Below the pieces are notes generated by a model, which saw nothing but the letters and a program-made list of their open reading frames with translations, searched no databases and was not told where the DNA came from. Source: Bacteroidota bacterium (GTDB taxonomy: Bacteria; Bacteroidota; Bacteroidia; AKYH767-A; OLB10). From it: a stretch of DNA of 64,000 bases. Shown here piece after piece: positions 51,682 through 61,163 of this stretch (within the stretch, counting starts at the first letter, position 1; each line of letters starts with the position of its first letter). Location of the stretch: positions 1,285-65,284 of the forward strand of contig JAHEKC010000003.1 in the NCBI GenBank assembly GCA_024638565.1, in the 5' to 3' direction. The position numbers were made by a program, and so were the translations under genes.

Positions 51682-53613
51682 ATGAAGATCACCTTCCCGG
51701 ATAAGAATGTGCGTGAATACGCACCCGGCACCACGGGCCTGGATATAGCCAAAAGCATCAGTGAAGGGCTTGCCAGGAAAGTGCTTGCCGCGCGTGTGAA
51801 CGGGGAGGTGCGCGACCTCGCCCGGCCGGTGGATAGCGATGCGGCAATCGAATTCCTGACGTGGGATGATACGGATGGCAAATCAACCTTCTGGCATTCA
51901 TCGGCCCACCTGATGGCAGAAGCCCTCGAACACTTTTATCCCGGGGTCAAGTTCTGGGTGGGCCCGCCCGTAGAGAATGGCTTTTACTATGATGTCGACC
52001 TGCGCGGAAAAACCATCAGCAACGAGGATTTTTCGAAGATAGAGGCGAAGATGAAGGAGCTGGCAAAGCAAAAGAACGCCTATGTCAGGAAGGAAATGCC
52101 CAAGGAGGAGGCGGTGCGTTACTTTTCGGATAAGGATGACGAATACAAGCTGGACCTGCTGGAAGGACTCGAAGACGGACAGATCACGTTTTATACCCAG
52201 GGCAACTTCACGGACCTGTGCAAGGGGCCGCATATCCCGAACACGGGACTGATCAAGGCCATCAAGCTGATGAACGTGGCCGGCGCCTACTGGAAAGGCG
52301 ATGACAGCAACAAGCAGCTAACCCGCCTCTATGGTGTGACCTTCCCGAAGCAAAAGGACCTGGACGAATACCTGGCCATGCTGGAGGAAGCCAGGAAGCG
52401 GGATCACCGTAAGCTGGGTCGTGACCTTAGCCTCTTCATGTTCGACGACGACGTGGGCCCCGGGCTGCCTTTATGGATGCCCAATGGTGCCGTCATCATT
52501 GACGAGCTCGAAAAGCTGGCGCGGCAGACCGAGCGGGATGCCGGCTATGTGCGCGTGCGCACTCCGCATATCGCCAAGGAGTCCATGTATAAGACCAGCG
52601 GCCACCTGCCTTATTATGCGGACAGCATGTACCCGCCCATGGAAATGGAAGGAGAACGGTATTACCTCAAGGCCATGAACTGCCCGCACCACCACAAGAT
52701 CTTCGGGCACATGAATGCCAGCTACCGCGACCTGCCCATCCGCCTGGCGGAATACGGTACCTGTTACCGGTATGAGCAGTCCGGGGAGCTGTTCGGGCTG
52801 ATGCGGGTACGGTCGCTACAGATGAACGACGCTCATATCTACTGTACGGAGGAGCAGTTTGCAGAAGAATTCAGGGCGGTGAATGACATGTACCTCCGCT
52901 ATTTCAGGATCTTCAACATTGACAAATACGTCATGCGGTTTTCCACCCATTCAGCTGACAAGCTGGGAAAGAAGTACGTGGACAATGCGGAGCTGTGGCT
53001 TAAGACGGAGAAGATGGTCCGGGATGTGCTCGTGGAGTCGGGCATCCCCCATGTGGAGGTGGCGGATGAGGCGGCTTTTTACGGTCCCAAGATCGATGTC
53101 CAGGTCTGGAGTGCCATCGGCAAGGAATTTACCATAGCCACCAACCAGGTGGATTTCGCCCAGCCCGGGAGGTTCGGGCTCGAATACCGGAATTCGAAGA
53201 ATGAAATGGAAACCCCGATCTGCATCCACCGGGCGCCGTTGGGCACCCATGAGCGGTTTATCGGTTTTCTCACCGAACATTATGCCGGAAATTTCCCGTT
53301 GTGGCTGGCGCCGCACCAGGTCAGCATCCTGCCCATCAGCGACCGGTTCAACGCTTATGCCCTGAGAATTCATGGATTGCTAAATAATTCCGATATTCGC
53401 AGCCTTATTGACCGACGGGATGAAAAAATAGGCCGGAAGATCCGAGACGCGGAGTTGCAGAAGGTCCCGTATATGCTTATCGTGGGGGAGAAAGAGGAGC
53501 AGGAAGGTACCGTATCGGTCAGGCAGCACCGCCAGGGGGATGCCGGAACTCGCACCATCGACTTATTTATTTCTGACTTAAAAGCTGAAATTCAGCGACA
53601 AACATCTGTTTAA
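51682..53613 (+). CDS. thrS: Threonine--tRNA ligase.
   Basis: A 643-aa protein with TGS, editing, class II core and anticodon-binding domains (…HRDLSLFMF…NCPHH…). Confidence 0.95.
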   Translation: MKITFPDKNVREYAPGTTGLDIAKSISEGLARKVLAARVNGEVRDLARPVDSDAAIEFLTWDDTDGKSTFWHSSAHLMAEALEHFYPGVKFWVGPPVENGFYYDVDLRGKTISNEDFSKIEAKMKELAKQKNAYVRKEMPKEEAVRYFSDKDDEYKLDLLEGLEDGQITFYTQGNFTDLCKGPHIPNTGLIKAIKLMNVAGAYWKGDDSNKQLTRLYGVTFPKQKDLDEYLAMLEEARKRDHRKLGRDLSLFMFDDDVGPGLPLWMPNGAVIIDELEKLARQTERDAGYVRVRTPHIAKESMYKTSGHLPYYADSMYPPMEMEGERYYLKAMNCPHHHKIFGHMNASYRDLPIRLAEYGTCYRYEQSGELFGLMRVRSLQMNDAHIYCTEEQFAEEFRAVNDMYLRYFRIFNIDKYVMRFSTHSADKLGKKYVDNAELWLKTEKMVRDVLVESGIPHVEVADEAAFYGPKIDVQVWSAIGKEFTIATNQVDFAQPGRFGLEYRNSKNEMETPICIHRAPLGTHERFIGFLTEHYAGNFPLWLAPHQVSILPISDRFNAYALRIHGLLNNSDIRSLIDRRDEKIGRKIRDAELQKVPYMLIVGEKEEQEGTVSVRQHRQGDAGTRTIDLFISDLKAEIQRQTSV

Positions 53614-53633
53614 CCAATTAGAGGGAGGATTAT

Positions 53634-54233
53634 ATAGCCAGGTTTAAAAAAAAGAAGCCCCGTCCGTCGTTTAAACGACCCTTCAGGGGGCGGCCCTTCC
53701 GAGGCCGCGGGCCCTGGAAGCGGGAGCCTGAACACAAGATTAACGGTTTCATACGCGCCAAAGAAGTGCGCGTGGTGGGCGAAAACATAGCGCAGGGGAT
53801 TTATTCCACTGAGGAAGCAATCAAGATGGCCGAGGGCCTGGGGTTGGACCTGGTGGAGATATCGCCCGACAGCGATCCCCCTGTTTGCAAGGTCGTTGAT
53901 TACCAGAAGTTCCTTTACGAGAAGAAAAAGAAGGAAAAGGAAATCAAGGCCAAAACGGCCAAATCCGTGATCAAGGAGATCCGGTTCGGGCCGCATACGG
54001 ATGAGCATGACTTCAACTTCAAGGTGAAGCATGCCCTCAAGTTCCTGCAGGAAGGCGCCAAGGTGAAGGCCTTCGTACACTTCCGTGGCAGGCAGATGGC
54101 GTACAAGGAACAAGGAGTGATCCTGCTGCTTAAATTTGCCCAGGAACTGGAGGAGTACGGAAAAGTGGAGATGATGCCGAAATTGGAAGGGAACCGGATG
54201 CACATGCACCTGATCCCGTTGCCGAAAAAATAA
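53634..54233 (+). CDS. infC: Translation initiation factor IF-3, with a probable non-AUG start.
   Basis: The track ORF 53766..54233 begins at a GTG. The reading frame is open back to a stop at 53619. The upstream in-frame sequence encodes a basic extension ...KINGFIRAKEVRVVGENIAQ typical of IF-3. The only plausible start is ATA 53634; there is no in-frame ATG. Confidence 0.75.
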   Translation: MARFKKKKPRPSFKRPFRGRPFRGRGPWKREPEHKINGFIRAKEVRVVGENIAQGIYSTEEAIKMAEGLGLDLVEISPDSDPPVCKVVDYQKFLYEKKKKEKEIKAKTAKSVIKEIRFGPHTDEHDFNFKVKHALKFLQEGAKVKAFVHFRGRQMAYKEQGVILLLKFAQELEEYGKVEMMPKLEGNRMHMHLIPLPKK

Positions 54234-54271
54234 AAAGAGCCGGGAAACCGGCGTTGTAAACAATTAATACC

Positions 54272-54466
54272 ATGCCAAAGCAGAAAACGAATTCCAGTGC
54301 CAAGAAAAGGTTCAAGCTTACCGGCACCGGGAAGGTCAAAAGAAAGCATGCGTTCAAGAGTCATATCCTGACCAAGAAGTCGATCAAGCGCAAGCGTGCA
54401 CTTACCCAAACGGGCCTGGTGGATCCGTCCGATGAACCCCGTATAAAGGGCCTGCTTAACCTGTAA
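54272..54466 (+). CDS. rpmI: 50S ribosomal protein L35.
   Basis: [36 protein letters not shown]. Confidence 0.95.
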   Translation: MPKQKTNSSAKKRFKLTGTGKVKRKHAFKSHILTKKSIKRKRALTQTGLVDPSDEPRIKGLLNL

Positions 54467-54495
54467 TTCTAATCCTATTTAATTAAGATCATCAT

Positions 54496-54840
54496 ATGCC
54501 CCGTTCGGTAAATAACGTCGCTTCCCGCGCCAGGCGCAGGAAGTTCATGAAACTGGCCAAAGGAAACTGGGGCCGCCGGAGCAATGTCTGGACGGTCGCC
54601 AAGAATACGGTGGAGAAAGGGCTGACCCATGCCTACCGCGACCGCCGGAACAAGAAAAGGACTTTTCGCGCCCTTTGGATACAGCGGATCAACGCTGCCG
54701 CGCGTGAACATGGCATGTCCTATGCCGTGCTCATGGGCAAGCTTAACAAGTCGGGAAGCGAGCTGGACCGCAAGGTACTTGCCGACCTGGCCATGAACCA
54801 CCCGGAAGCCTTCAAGGCGGTGGTGGACGAGGTGAAGTAA
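54496..54840 (+). CDS. rplT: 50S ribosomal protein L20.
   Basis: [30 protein letters not shown]... Confidence 0.95.
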   Translation: MPRSVNNVASRARRRKFMKLAKGNWGRRSNVWTVAKNTVEKGLTHAYRDRRNKKRTFRALWIQRINAAAREHGMSYAVLMGKLNKSGSELDRKVLADLAMNHPEAFKAVVDEVK

Positions 54841-54952
54841 CTTCCACCTGCGGCAATTCGCCCCTTTTTTCTTTTTTCGTGCCAACCCTTGCCGGCAGTT
54901 CCTGTTTCCGGGAGAGGAAATATCTTTGCCTTACCCAAACCTTTACCAATCC

Positions 54953-56590
54953 ATGAAACCACTGCCACACCTGATGGCGCTCGTCACCTGCCTCGGCATT
55001 CTATTCGGATGCCAGCCCCGTGAATCCGCCGATTTCCTGTTTTACAATGGCCTTATTTATACCGTCGACTCCGTATCCTCCAGGGTCACGGCATTTGCGG
55101 TGCACGACGGCAAAATCGTGGAAACGGGTGATGACGCCCTGCGGGAGCGATACCGGGCGGAACGGGAGGTCGACCTGAAGGGCCGGCCGGTATACCCCGG
55201 CTTTACCGACGCCCATGCGCATTTTTTCGGCTATGCCACCGACCTGGTGAAGTGCAACCTGTACGGTACCCGTTCCTTCGAAGAGGTGATAGGGAAGGTG
55301 ACACACTATGCAGCCACCAACCGGTTTTCCTGGGTACTGGGCCGCGGCTGGGACCAGAACGACTGGGCAGATCCCTCATGGCCCGACAAGGATACGCTTG
55401 ACCAGCTGTTCCCGGAAACACCCGTATACCTTATGCGCATCGACGGCCATGCCATCCTCGTGAACCAGGCAGCGCTGGACATCGCGGGCATCCATGCCGG
55501 GACGGTCATCCCGGGTGGCAGCGTGGAGACGCGTGACGGCAGATGTACCGGGTTGCTCATTGATAATGCCGTTGACACTGTCAAGCAACATATCCCGCCC
55601 TTTCCCGCATCCCTCGAGGCGGAGGCCCTGCTCCGGGGGCAGGCCAACTGCCTGGCCGTCGGGCTGACTGCCGTGACCGATGCAGGCATCGACAGGGAGG
55701 ACATCCTGATGATCGATTCCCTCCAGCGGGCAGGTAAGCTGAAACTGCGCGACGATGCCATGATTTCCTATACCAGGGAAAACGTGGACTGGTTCCTGGC
55801 GAACGGCCCTATCCTAACCAGGCGCCTGCGTGCGGCCGCATTCAAGCTTTACGCCGATGGTGCACTCGGCTCGAGAGGCGCCTGTCTCCTGGAACCCTAC
55901 ACGGACCAGCCCGGACATTACGGTTTCATGCTGCACGACACGGCATATATCATGGAAGCGATGCAGGCAGCATACAATAACGGCTTCCAGCTGGCCACGC
56001 ATTGCATTGGTGATTCGGCCACCCGCACCGTGCTCCGGATGTACGCCCGCCTGCTGGGTGCAGCAAACGACAAACGATGGCGTATTGAGCACTGCCAGGT
56101 GGTGCATCCCGACGACCTGTCCTATTTTACTGACTACGGTATCCTGCCTTCCGTGCAGCCTACGCATGCCACTTCGGACATGTACTGGGCGGAACGGCGC
56201 CTGGGGCCGGAACGCCTGAAGCGGGCCTACGCCTATAAGACCCTGCTCGCGCAGCGGGGCCTGCTTCCGGGTGGCAGTGATTTCCCGGTGGAATCGATCA
56301 ACCCGCTTTATGGCTTTTACGCCGCCGTGTCTCGCAGGGATCAGGAGGGATACCCCGAAGGACGGTTTATGGAAGGTGAGGCGCTCACGCGCGATGAAGC
56401 GCTGCGTGCCATGACCACCTGGGCGGCCTATGCCTGCTTCGAAGAGCAATACAGGGGCAGCCTTGAAGCGGGTAAGGCGGCCGATTTTGTCATCCTGGAA
56501 AAGGACATCATGACCGTACCGGAAGAAGAAACCTGGAAGGTAAAGGTGCTGGAAACCTGGATCGCGGGAGAAAAGGTATTCGCGCGCTGA
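54953..56590 (+). CDS. Amidohydrolase family (Amidohydro_3-like) lipoprotein.
   Basis: The likely start is MKPLPHLMALVTCLGILFGC. ...YPGFTDAHAHFFGY... and ...HCIGD... metal-ligand motifs. Confidence 0.7.
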   Translation: MKPLPHLMALVTCLGILFGCQPRESADFLFYNGLIYTVDSVSSRVTAFAVHDGKIVETGDDALRERYRAEREVDLKGRPVYPGFTDAHAHFFGYATDLVKCNLYGTRSFEEVIGKVTHYAATNRFSWVLGRGWDQNDWADPSWPDKDTLDQLFPETPVYLMRIDGHAILVNQAALDIAGIHAGTVIPGGSVETRDGRCTGLLIDNAVDTVKQHIPPFPASLEAEALLRGQANCLAVGLTAVTDAGIDREDILMIDSLQRAGKLKLRDDAMISYTRENVDWFLANGPILTRRLRAAAFKLYADGALGSRGACLLEPYTDQPGHYGFMLHDTAYIMEAMQAAYNNGFQLATHCIGDSATRTVLRMYARLLGAANDKRWRIEHCQVVHPDDLSYFTDYGILPSVQPTHATSDMYWAERRLGPERLKRAYAYKTLLAQRGLLPGGSDFPVESINPLYGFYAAVSRRDQEGYPEGRFMEGEALTRDEALRAMTTWAAYACFEEQYRGSLEAGKAADFVILEKDIMTVPEEETWKVKVLETWIAGEKVFAR

Positions 56591-56722
56591 TGCATGCTGC
56601 GATTTGGTATAGCTGCTTTTTCGACAGCATGATACTTATGGATGTCTGGGAGCATGCAAATTTTTCCATCTACAAATTTGAGCGTGATGGTTTGCCAGGC
56701 GATTTCGCTTCCGGTCAAGAAC

Positions 56723-56745
56723 CACGAACAAACTGCCCCTGCTAC
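56723..56745. repeat. Short ACTGCC-type hexamer repeat (actgcccctgctactgcccc).
   Basis: Seen in the sequence, in the convergent gap between the amidohydrolase and the lipoprotein gene. Confidence 0.4.
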
Positions 56746-56805
56746 TGCCCCTTGTTTATAGGAAGCAGGATGCAGCGGTAACGTCAGATTGAAATAAAAG
56801 GAATA

Positions 56806-57414
56806 CTACTTCTTCAACGTCGCCGTACACGTCTCTGATGCACCCGGGCCCTGCAGGTCGGTGCGAGTGTACGACACCTCCATGGTGGAGCCGTTGCAGT
56901 CAATCGTTCCCTCTATATCCATTACGGGAGATACGGTCTGGTTGTAGATCCGGTATCCGCCTTCCCGTACGACTGCGCGTGTGACGTATCCGGAAATGGG
57001 AAACCCGGTGAGGGAGATGGTGTCGTTCGCGGAGTTGGATGAGGCGGTGGTGGTATAGTTGTTGGCACCGGAGGAGGAGCAGTTCTCGGTCGACGCGTAG
57101 TCGCCCTGCGCCCTGATGACTTCCACATGCCTTTCCACTTCGGTGGCAAAGTTGTTGTTGTCGTCCTGTGCGCTGTACCGGATCACGTAGTGGCCCGGAA
57201 CATTCATATCGACGGATCCGGTGACAATCACCGCTACCTCTCCATCTTCACCGTCCGTGGCCTTGGCGCCGGCATCGGGGTACTGGCTATAAATTTTCAC
57301 GTAAACGGTGTCAGGGTTGTTACCCATGATTTCGACTACTGGCGGGATTTCATCCTTTTTACAGGCGCTGAGCACGAACAGGGTACAAAGGGGGAGGAGC
57401 AATCGCTTCATCAT
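56806..57414 (-). CDS. Hypothetical lipoprotein (Ig-like/DUF5011-like).
   Basis: The likely start is MMKRLLLPLCTLFVLSAC at 57414. Ser/Thr/Asn-rich C-terminus. Confidence 0.45.
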   Translation of the reverse strand: MMKRLLLPLCTLFVLSACKKDEIPPVVEIMGNNPDTVYVKIYSQYPDAGAKATDGEDGEVAVIVTGSVDMNVPGHYVIRYSAQDDNNNFATEVERHVEVIRAQGDYASTENCSSSGANNYTTTASSNSANDTISLTGFPISGYVTRAVVREGGYRIYNQTVSPVMDIEGTIDCNGSTMEVSYTRTDLQGPGASETCTATLKK

Positions 57415-57790
57415 ATGGAGTATTTGGTCCGTTTCCGCATACGGATTCCGGGCGGAAAAGTTCTGGCTTCCTGCCACTTATTTAAGGAAAGACGCCTGCG
57501 GTACGTGCCATCACCAGCATGCTATAAAATCATGGTTATGAGACATTATAGCCAGGCTTGTTCAATTAATATGTTCACACGGGGAGGCGTAGCCTGGCTG
57601 CCACCGCTTGTACGCACCATGGCTTAAGGCAAGGCGGGGCGCTGCCACGGCTTCATGCCTCCGTGAAACGACCTTCCCCGCCTTATCCACCTGTGATTAA
57701 TATGAAAACCTGTCTTGAACACAGTCAGGTTCAGATAATTGAAAAATTGTAGTTTTGGGGACCGCCGGTCTTGGATTGCCGGGTATACAT

Positions 57791-58315
57791 ATGAAAATCA
57801 TAAGAATAGTATTGACGGTGGTCATCCTGTTGCTGGGATTTTTTCTATTCCGCGGGATACAGAAGCCTATTGAATACCAGAAAGAGAAGGACAGGCGCTA
57901 CAGCAGGGTAATCGACCGGCTTAAGGAGATCCGGACGGCACAGATTACCTTCAAGGCTGAAAACGGGCATTATGCGGAAAGCTTCGATGTGCTCACAGAA
58001 TACCTCAGGAACGGAAAGATCACGGTCATCAGGCAGATCGGAAACCCGGACGACACTACCGCGGTGGTGATCCGGGATACCATCCTGGTCCCGGTGAAGG
58101 ACAGCTTATATCCCAATGACGGTAAACTGATCGACTCCATTGCATTTGTGCCTTTCGGCGATGGCGCGCGTTTTGAAATGAGTGCCGGCAAGGTTGAGAA
58201 AGGGGAGGTGATGGTTTCCGTTTTCGAAGTGGTCGATTCCAAACCTTTCGATCCGAATGAGGTGCTGAGGGTCGGCTCTATGACGGAACCTACCAATGCC
58301 GGCAACTGGGAGTAA
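57791..58315 (+). CDS. Hypothetical membrane-anchored protein.
   Basis: The likely start is MKIIRIVLTVVILLLGFFLF (one TM). No recognisable motif. Confidence 0.45.
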   Translation: MKIIRIVLTVVILLLGFFLFRGIQKPIEYQKEKDRRYSRVIDRLKEIRTAQITFKAENGHYAESFDVLTEYLRNGKITVIRQIGNPDDTTAVVIRDTILVPVKDSLYPNDGKLIDSIAFVPFGDGARFEMSAGKVEKGEVMVSVFEVVDSKPFDPNEVLRVGSMTEPTNAGNWE

Positions 58316-59165
58316 AACCCGCCTGGTATCCGCCTACGATCCATCGCTCGACGAACATCCCGCCGGGAACACACGCCTTTTAATCGAAGCGGGCCCTTTT
58401 TATCTCAACGCCCTGCTTACCGGTTCGCGCCCGCAGGAGTTACTCGCTGTCGAACGTTTCACCTTTCCAGAAATGAGTGATATGGGTCAGCTGGCTTCCG
58501 GCTATGAGGATGCCCGTGCTGAAAGCAGGATCCTGTCCCTGGAACTTCCGGTTTCATGTGCGGTGTCTTTCGGGACGGCGTTGCTGGTACCCGCGGAGTT
58601 CAGTCGCGGGGAAGATGCTGCCAGCCTGTATGCCTTTTGCCAGGAAAAGGAACAGGACGAAACCGTTGCCAGTCATCCGTTGCCCGGTGCCGGAGCCCTC
58701 TTCCTGTTCACGGTCCCCGGCCTGATAGAAAACCTGCTCAACTACTGGTTCGCCAGGGTTCGTTTCCTGCCGGTCGCCGCCTCGCTTGCCCAGGCCGCCA
58801 TGGCCTCCCCCGGGCACCGGGACGGAAAGGCAGCCTGGCTGCACGCAGGGGAAGGCCATGCCAGCCTGCTGGTCACCCATAACGGCCTGCCCGTGCTGTC
58901 CAACAGCTACCGGGTCGACACGCCGGAGGATGCGGTTTACTACGCCTTGTTCGCGCTCGAGCAATGCGGGGCGGTCAGGAGAAAGACCCCGGTCACCCTG
59001 AGCGGTGATTCATCGTCCCTTCAGCGGGTTCGGGAGTTGCTGGAAGGTTACCTGCCGGCCGTGGACCTGGCTCGTGCCCCCGCGTTCTACAGCACATCCG
59101 CGATCAGCAGCCGGGTGGAATACCACACCTGTTTCTCCCTGTTCAACCAGCACCTGTGCGTATAA
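58296..59165 (+). CDS. Hypothetical protein (DUF3822-like, the conserved upstream neighbour of rsmD in Bacteroidota).
   Basis: Position and size only. I recognised no catalytic motif. Confidence 0.4.
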   Translation: MPATGSKTRLVSAYDPSLDEHPAGNTRLLIEAGPFYLNALLTGSRPQELLAVERFTFPEMSDMGQLASGYEDARAESRILSLELPVSCAVSFGTALLVPAEFSRGEDAASLYAFCQEKEQDETVASHPLPGAGALFLFTVPGLIENLLNYWFARVRFLPVAASLAQAAMASPGHRDGKAAWLHAGEGHASLLVTHNGLPVLSNSYRVDTPEDAVYYALFALEQCGAVRRKTPVTLSGDSSSLQRVRELLEGYLPAVDLARAPAFYSTSAISSRVEYHTCFSLFNQHLCV

Positions 59166-59707
59166 TCAGCGGCAGCCATCGGGGCAGGGTCATCCGTGCC
59201 CCGGAGATAAAGGGGGTGAGGCCCACGACCGACTTCGCGCGTACCGGCCTGTTCAACCTCCTGCGCAGCCGGCTGGACCTGCAGGGGATCACGGCCATCG
59301 ACCTGTTTTGCGGCATCGGTGCGGTGACGTGCGAGTTGCTCTCGCGCGGTGCCGGCCATGTCATGGCTGTGGATGCAAACGGACGTTGTGTACGTTTCGT
59401 AAAAAAAACCGTGATGGCGCTGGGCTTCGAAAATGTAACGGTCGAGAAGTCGGATGCCGAAAAATTCATGTGGAATGCCCCCGGGAAGGCGGCGCTCGTC
59501 TTCGCCGACCCCCCGTATGATTACCCGGAGTATCATGCACTGGTGGAGGCGGTATTCAGCGGCGGAGGTCTTGAGGAGGACGGCTGGTTTGTGCTCGAGC
59601 ACGGGCCGCGGACCGGTTTCGGTGAACATCCTAATTTTGTGTTCCAGCGGCAGTACGGCCATGCGGCATTCAGTTTTATGCGCGTACCTTCGCCAGATAC
59701 ACCATGA
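59156..59707 (+). CDS. rsmD: 16S rRNA (guanine966-N2)-methyltransferase.
   Basis: MRIISGSHRGRVIRAPEIKGVRPTTDFARTGLFN...DLFCGIGAV...FADPPYD. Confidence 0.85.
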   Translation: MRIISGSHRGRVIRAPEIKGVRPTTDFARTGLFNLLRSRLDLQGITAIDLFCGIGAVTCELLSRGAGHVMAVDANGRCVRFVKKTVMALGFENVTVEKSDAEKFMWNAPGKAALVFADPPYDYPEYHALVEAVFSGGGLEEDGWFVLEHGPRTGFGEHPNFVFQRQYGHAAFSFMRVPSPDTP

Positions 59708-60159
59708 AGACAGCGCTCTTTCCCGGCTCGTTCGATCCCGTGACCCTGGGTCACGAAGACATTGCCCGTCGTGCCCTTCAGCTTTTTGACAGGGTCATCA
59801 TTGCCATTGGTAACAATGCTTCAAAAAAATACATGTTCCCGCTGGAGAAGCGCAGGCAATGGATCGAATCCTGCTTTGATGGTGTAACAGGCGTGAAGGT
59901 GATGACCTACGACGGGCTTACGGTTGATTTCTGCAAGAAGACAGGTGCGGCATATATTGTCCGCGGGCTGCGAAACGCATCCGATTTCCAGTTTGAACAG
60001 GTTATCGCGCAGATGAACCAGGCCATGGCCGCGGACGTGGAAACCGTATTCATCCCCAGCCGTCCCGAACTGGTGGCGGTCAACTCCACCGTGGTACGCG
60101 ACATCATCCGGCATGGGGGAGACATCAGTCCGTTCGTACCAAAGGCGGTGAAGGTTTGA
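59704..60159 (+). CDS. coaD: Phosphopantetheine adenylyltransferase.
   Basis: MKTALFPGSFDPVTLGHEDIARRA... It overlaps rsmD by 4 nt. Confidence 0.9.
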   Translation: MKTALFPGSFDPVTLGHEDIARRALQLFDRVIIAIGNNASKKYMFPLEKRRQWIESCFDGVTGVKVMTYDGLTVDFCKKTGAAYIVRGLRNASDFQFEQVIAQMNQAMAADVETVFIPSRPELVAVNSTVVRDIIRHGGDISPFVPKAVKV

Positions 60160-60309
60160 GTCAACCTTCATTGCAGATCAAGGCCGTCATTGCGAGGCGG
60201 CCCTGACCGGGAGGAAAGACCGACGAGGCAATCACTTCCACAAAGCCAATGGTCAACAGGATTTCAGATATGCGTGACGGTTTGCCAAACGAAATAAGTT
60301 AACAGCTAC

Positions 60310-60816
60310 GGATCTCCCCGGTAGCCTGCGGCGTTCGGGCAGGGAACCACGAACCTTGTCCGCCTTTGCCCTGGCGAATACGGATTCTTGTTCGGTAGTC
60401 ACGGCCAAGAGCAAATACTTAATGCATAACGCGTAATGCATAATTTTTAAGGAGCCACGATTGCCCACGCCTGTGCACTCGCCCTGGAATGTTCAATATT
60501 CAACGCTCAACGCTCAGGGGAGCCAAAATTTTCAGATTGACTTCCAGCCTCACATGAACCCGGATCTCCCCGGTAGCCTGCGGCTTTCGGGCAGGGAACC
60601 ACGAACCTTGTCCGCCATTGCCCTGGCGAATACGGATTCTTGTTCAGTAGTCACGGCTAAGAGCAAATACCTAATGCATAACGCGTAATGCATAATGTTT
60701 AAGGAGCCACGATTGCCCACGCCTGTGCACTCGCCCTGGAATGTTCAATATTCAACACTCAACACTCAATACTCAGGGATGTCAAAATTTCAAGTTGAGA
60801 TGCTGCCTGAATTGGT
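60310..60816. repeat. Two tandem copies of a 252-bp unit (~95% identical), with a degenerate partial third copy extending to ~60900.
   Basis: Unit: ggatctccccggtagcctgcggcgttcgggcagggaaccacgaaccttgtccgcc...taatgcataacgcgtaatgcataat...ggagccacgattgcccacgcctgtgcactcgccctggaatgttcaatattcaac(g/a)ctcaac... Copies start at 60310 and 60562. Each ends in a heptamer-period mini-array. Only short, mutually repetitive ORFs are called over it. Confidence 0.85.
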
Positions 60817-61032
60817 ACCGGCTAACGAATCACCTCACTCGCCATACGGCGTTCGGGCAGGCAATGATGCTGTACTTCGTCATCGCGAGACCCGGCGGTA
60901 GTTGGGCGAGGCGATCCCACCCTGTGAAGCCGGCAGATTGCAAAGGCAGGTTATTAATTGCAGGAGATTGCCGCGCTCCTTCAGGCTGCACCCTCACTCG
61001 CCCGCAATGACGAATTAATTCACCGATGACCC

Positions 61033-61072
61033 AAAGACTGCCACTCCCACTGCCACTGCTACTGCAACTGCC
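61033..61072. repeat. (ACTGCC)n-type hexamer repeat, about 6.5 units.
   Basis: actgccactcccactgccactgctactgcaactgccactcc, ~95 nt upstream of the Omp85-family gene start. Confidence 0.7.
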
Positions 61073-61163
61073 ACTCCTTTCCGGGATCCCGCATGTCATA
61101 GCACATAATAGGTAGCCAGGAATCGCATAATTTCATTCCCCCCGCACCCGTTATCTTTATGCC

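Noticed and set aside
54841-54925. Possible intrinsic terminator after rplT (GC segment plus ccccttttttcttttttcg).
   Set aside because: There is a T-rich run, but I could not identify a convincing stem by eye. It is left uncalled.
55814-56449. 211-aa minus-strand ORF inside the amidohydrolase gene.
   Set aside because: Antisense artefact.
60461-60901. Two ORFs (75 and 68 aa) on the plus strand, and one minus-strand ORF (60253..60468), across the 252-bp tandem repeat.
   Set aside because: The two plus-strand ORFs are near-identical to each other only because the DNA is tandemly duplicated. Their composition is not protein-like and they have no start context. They are read as non-coding repeat.
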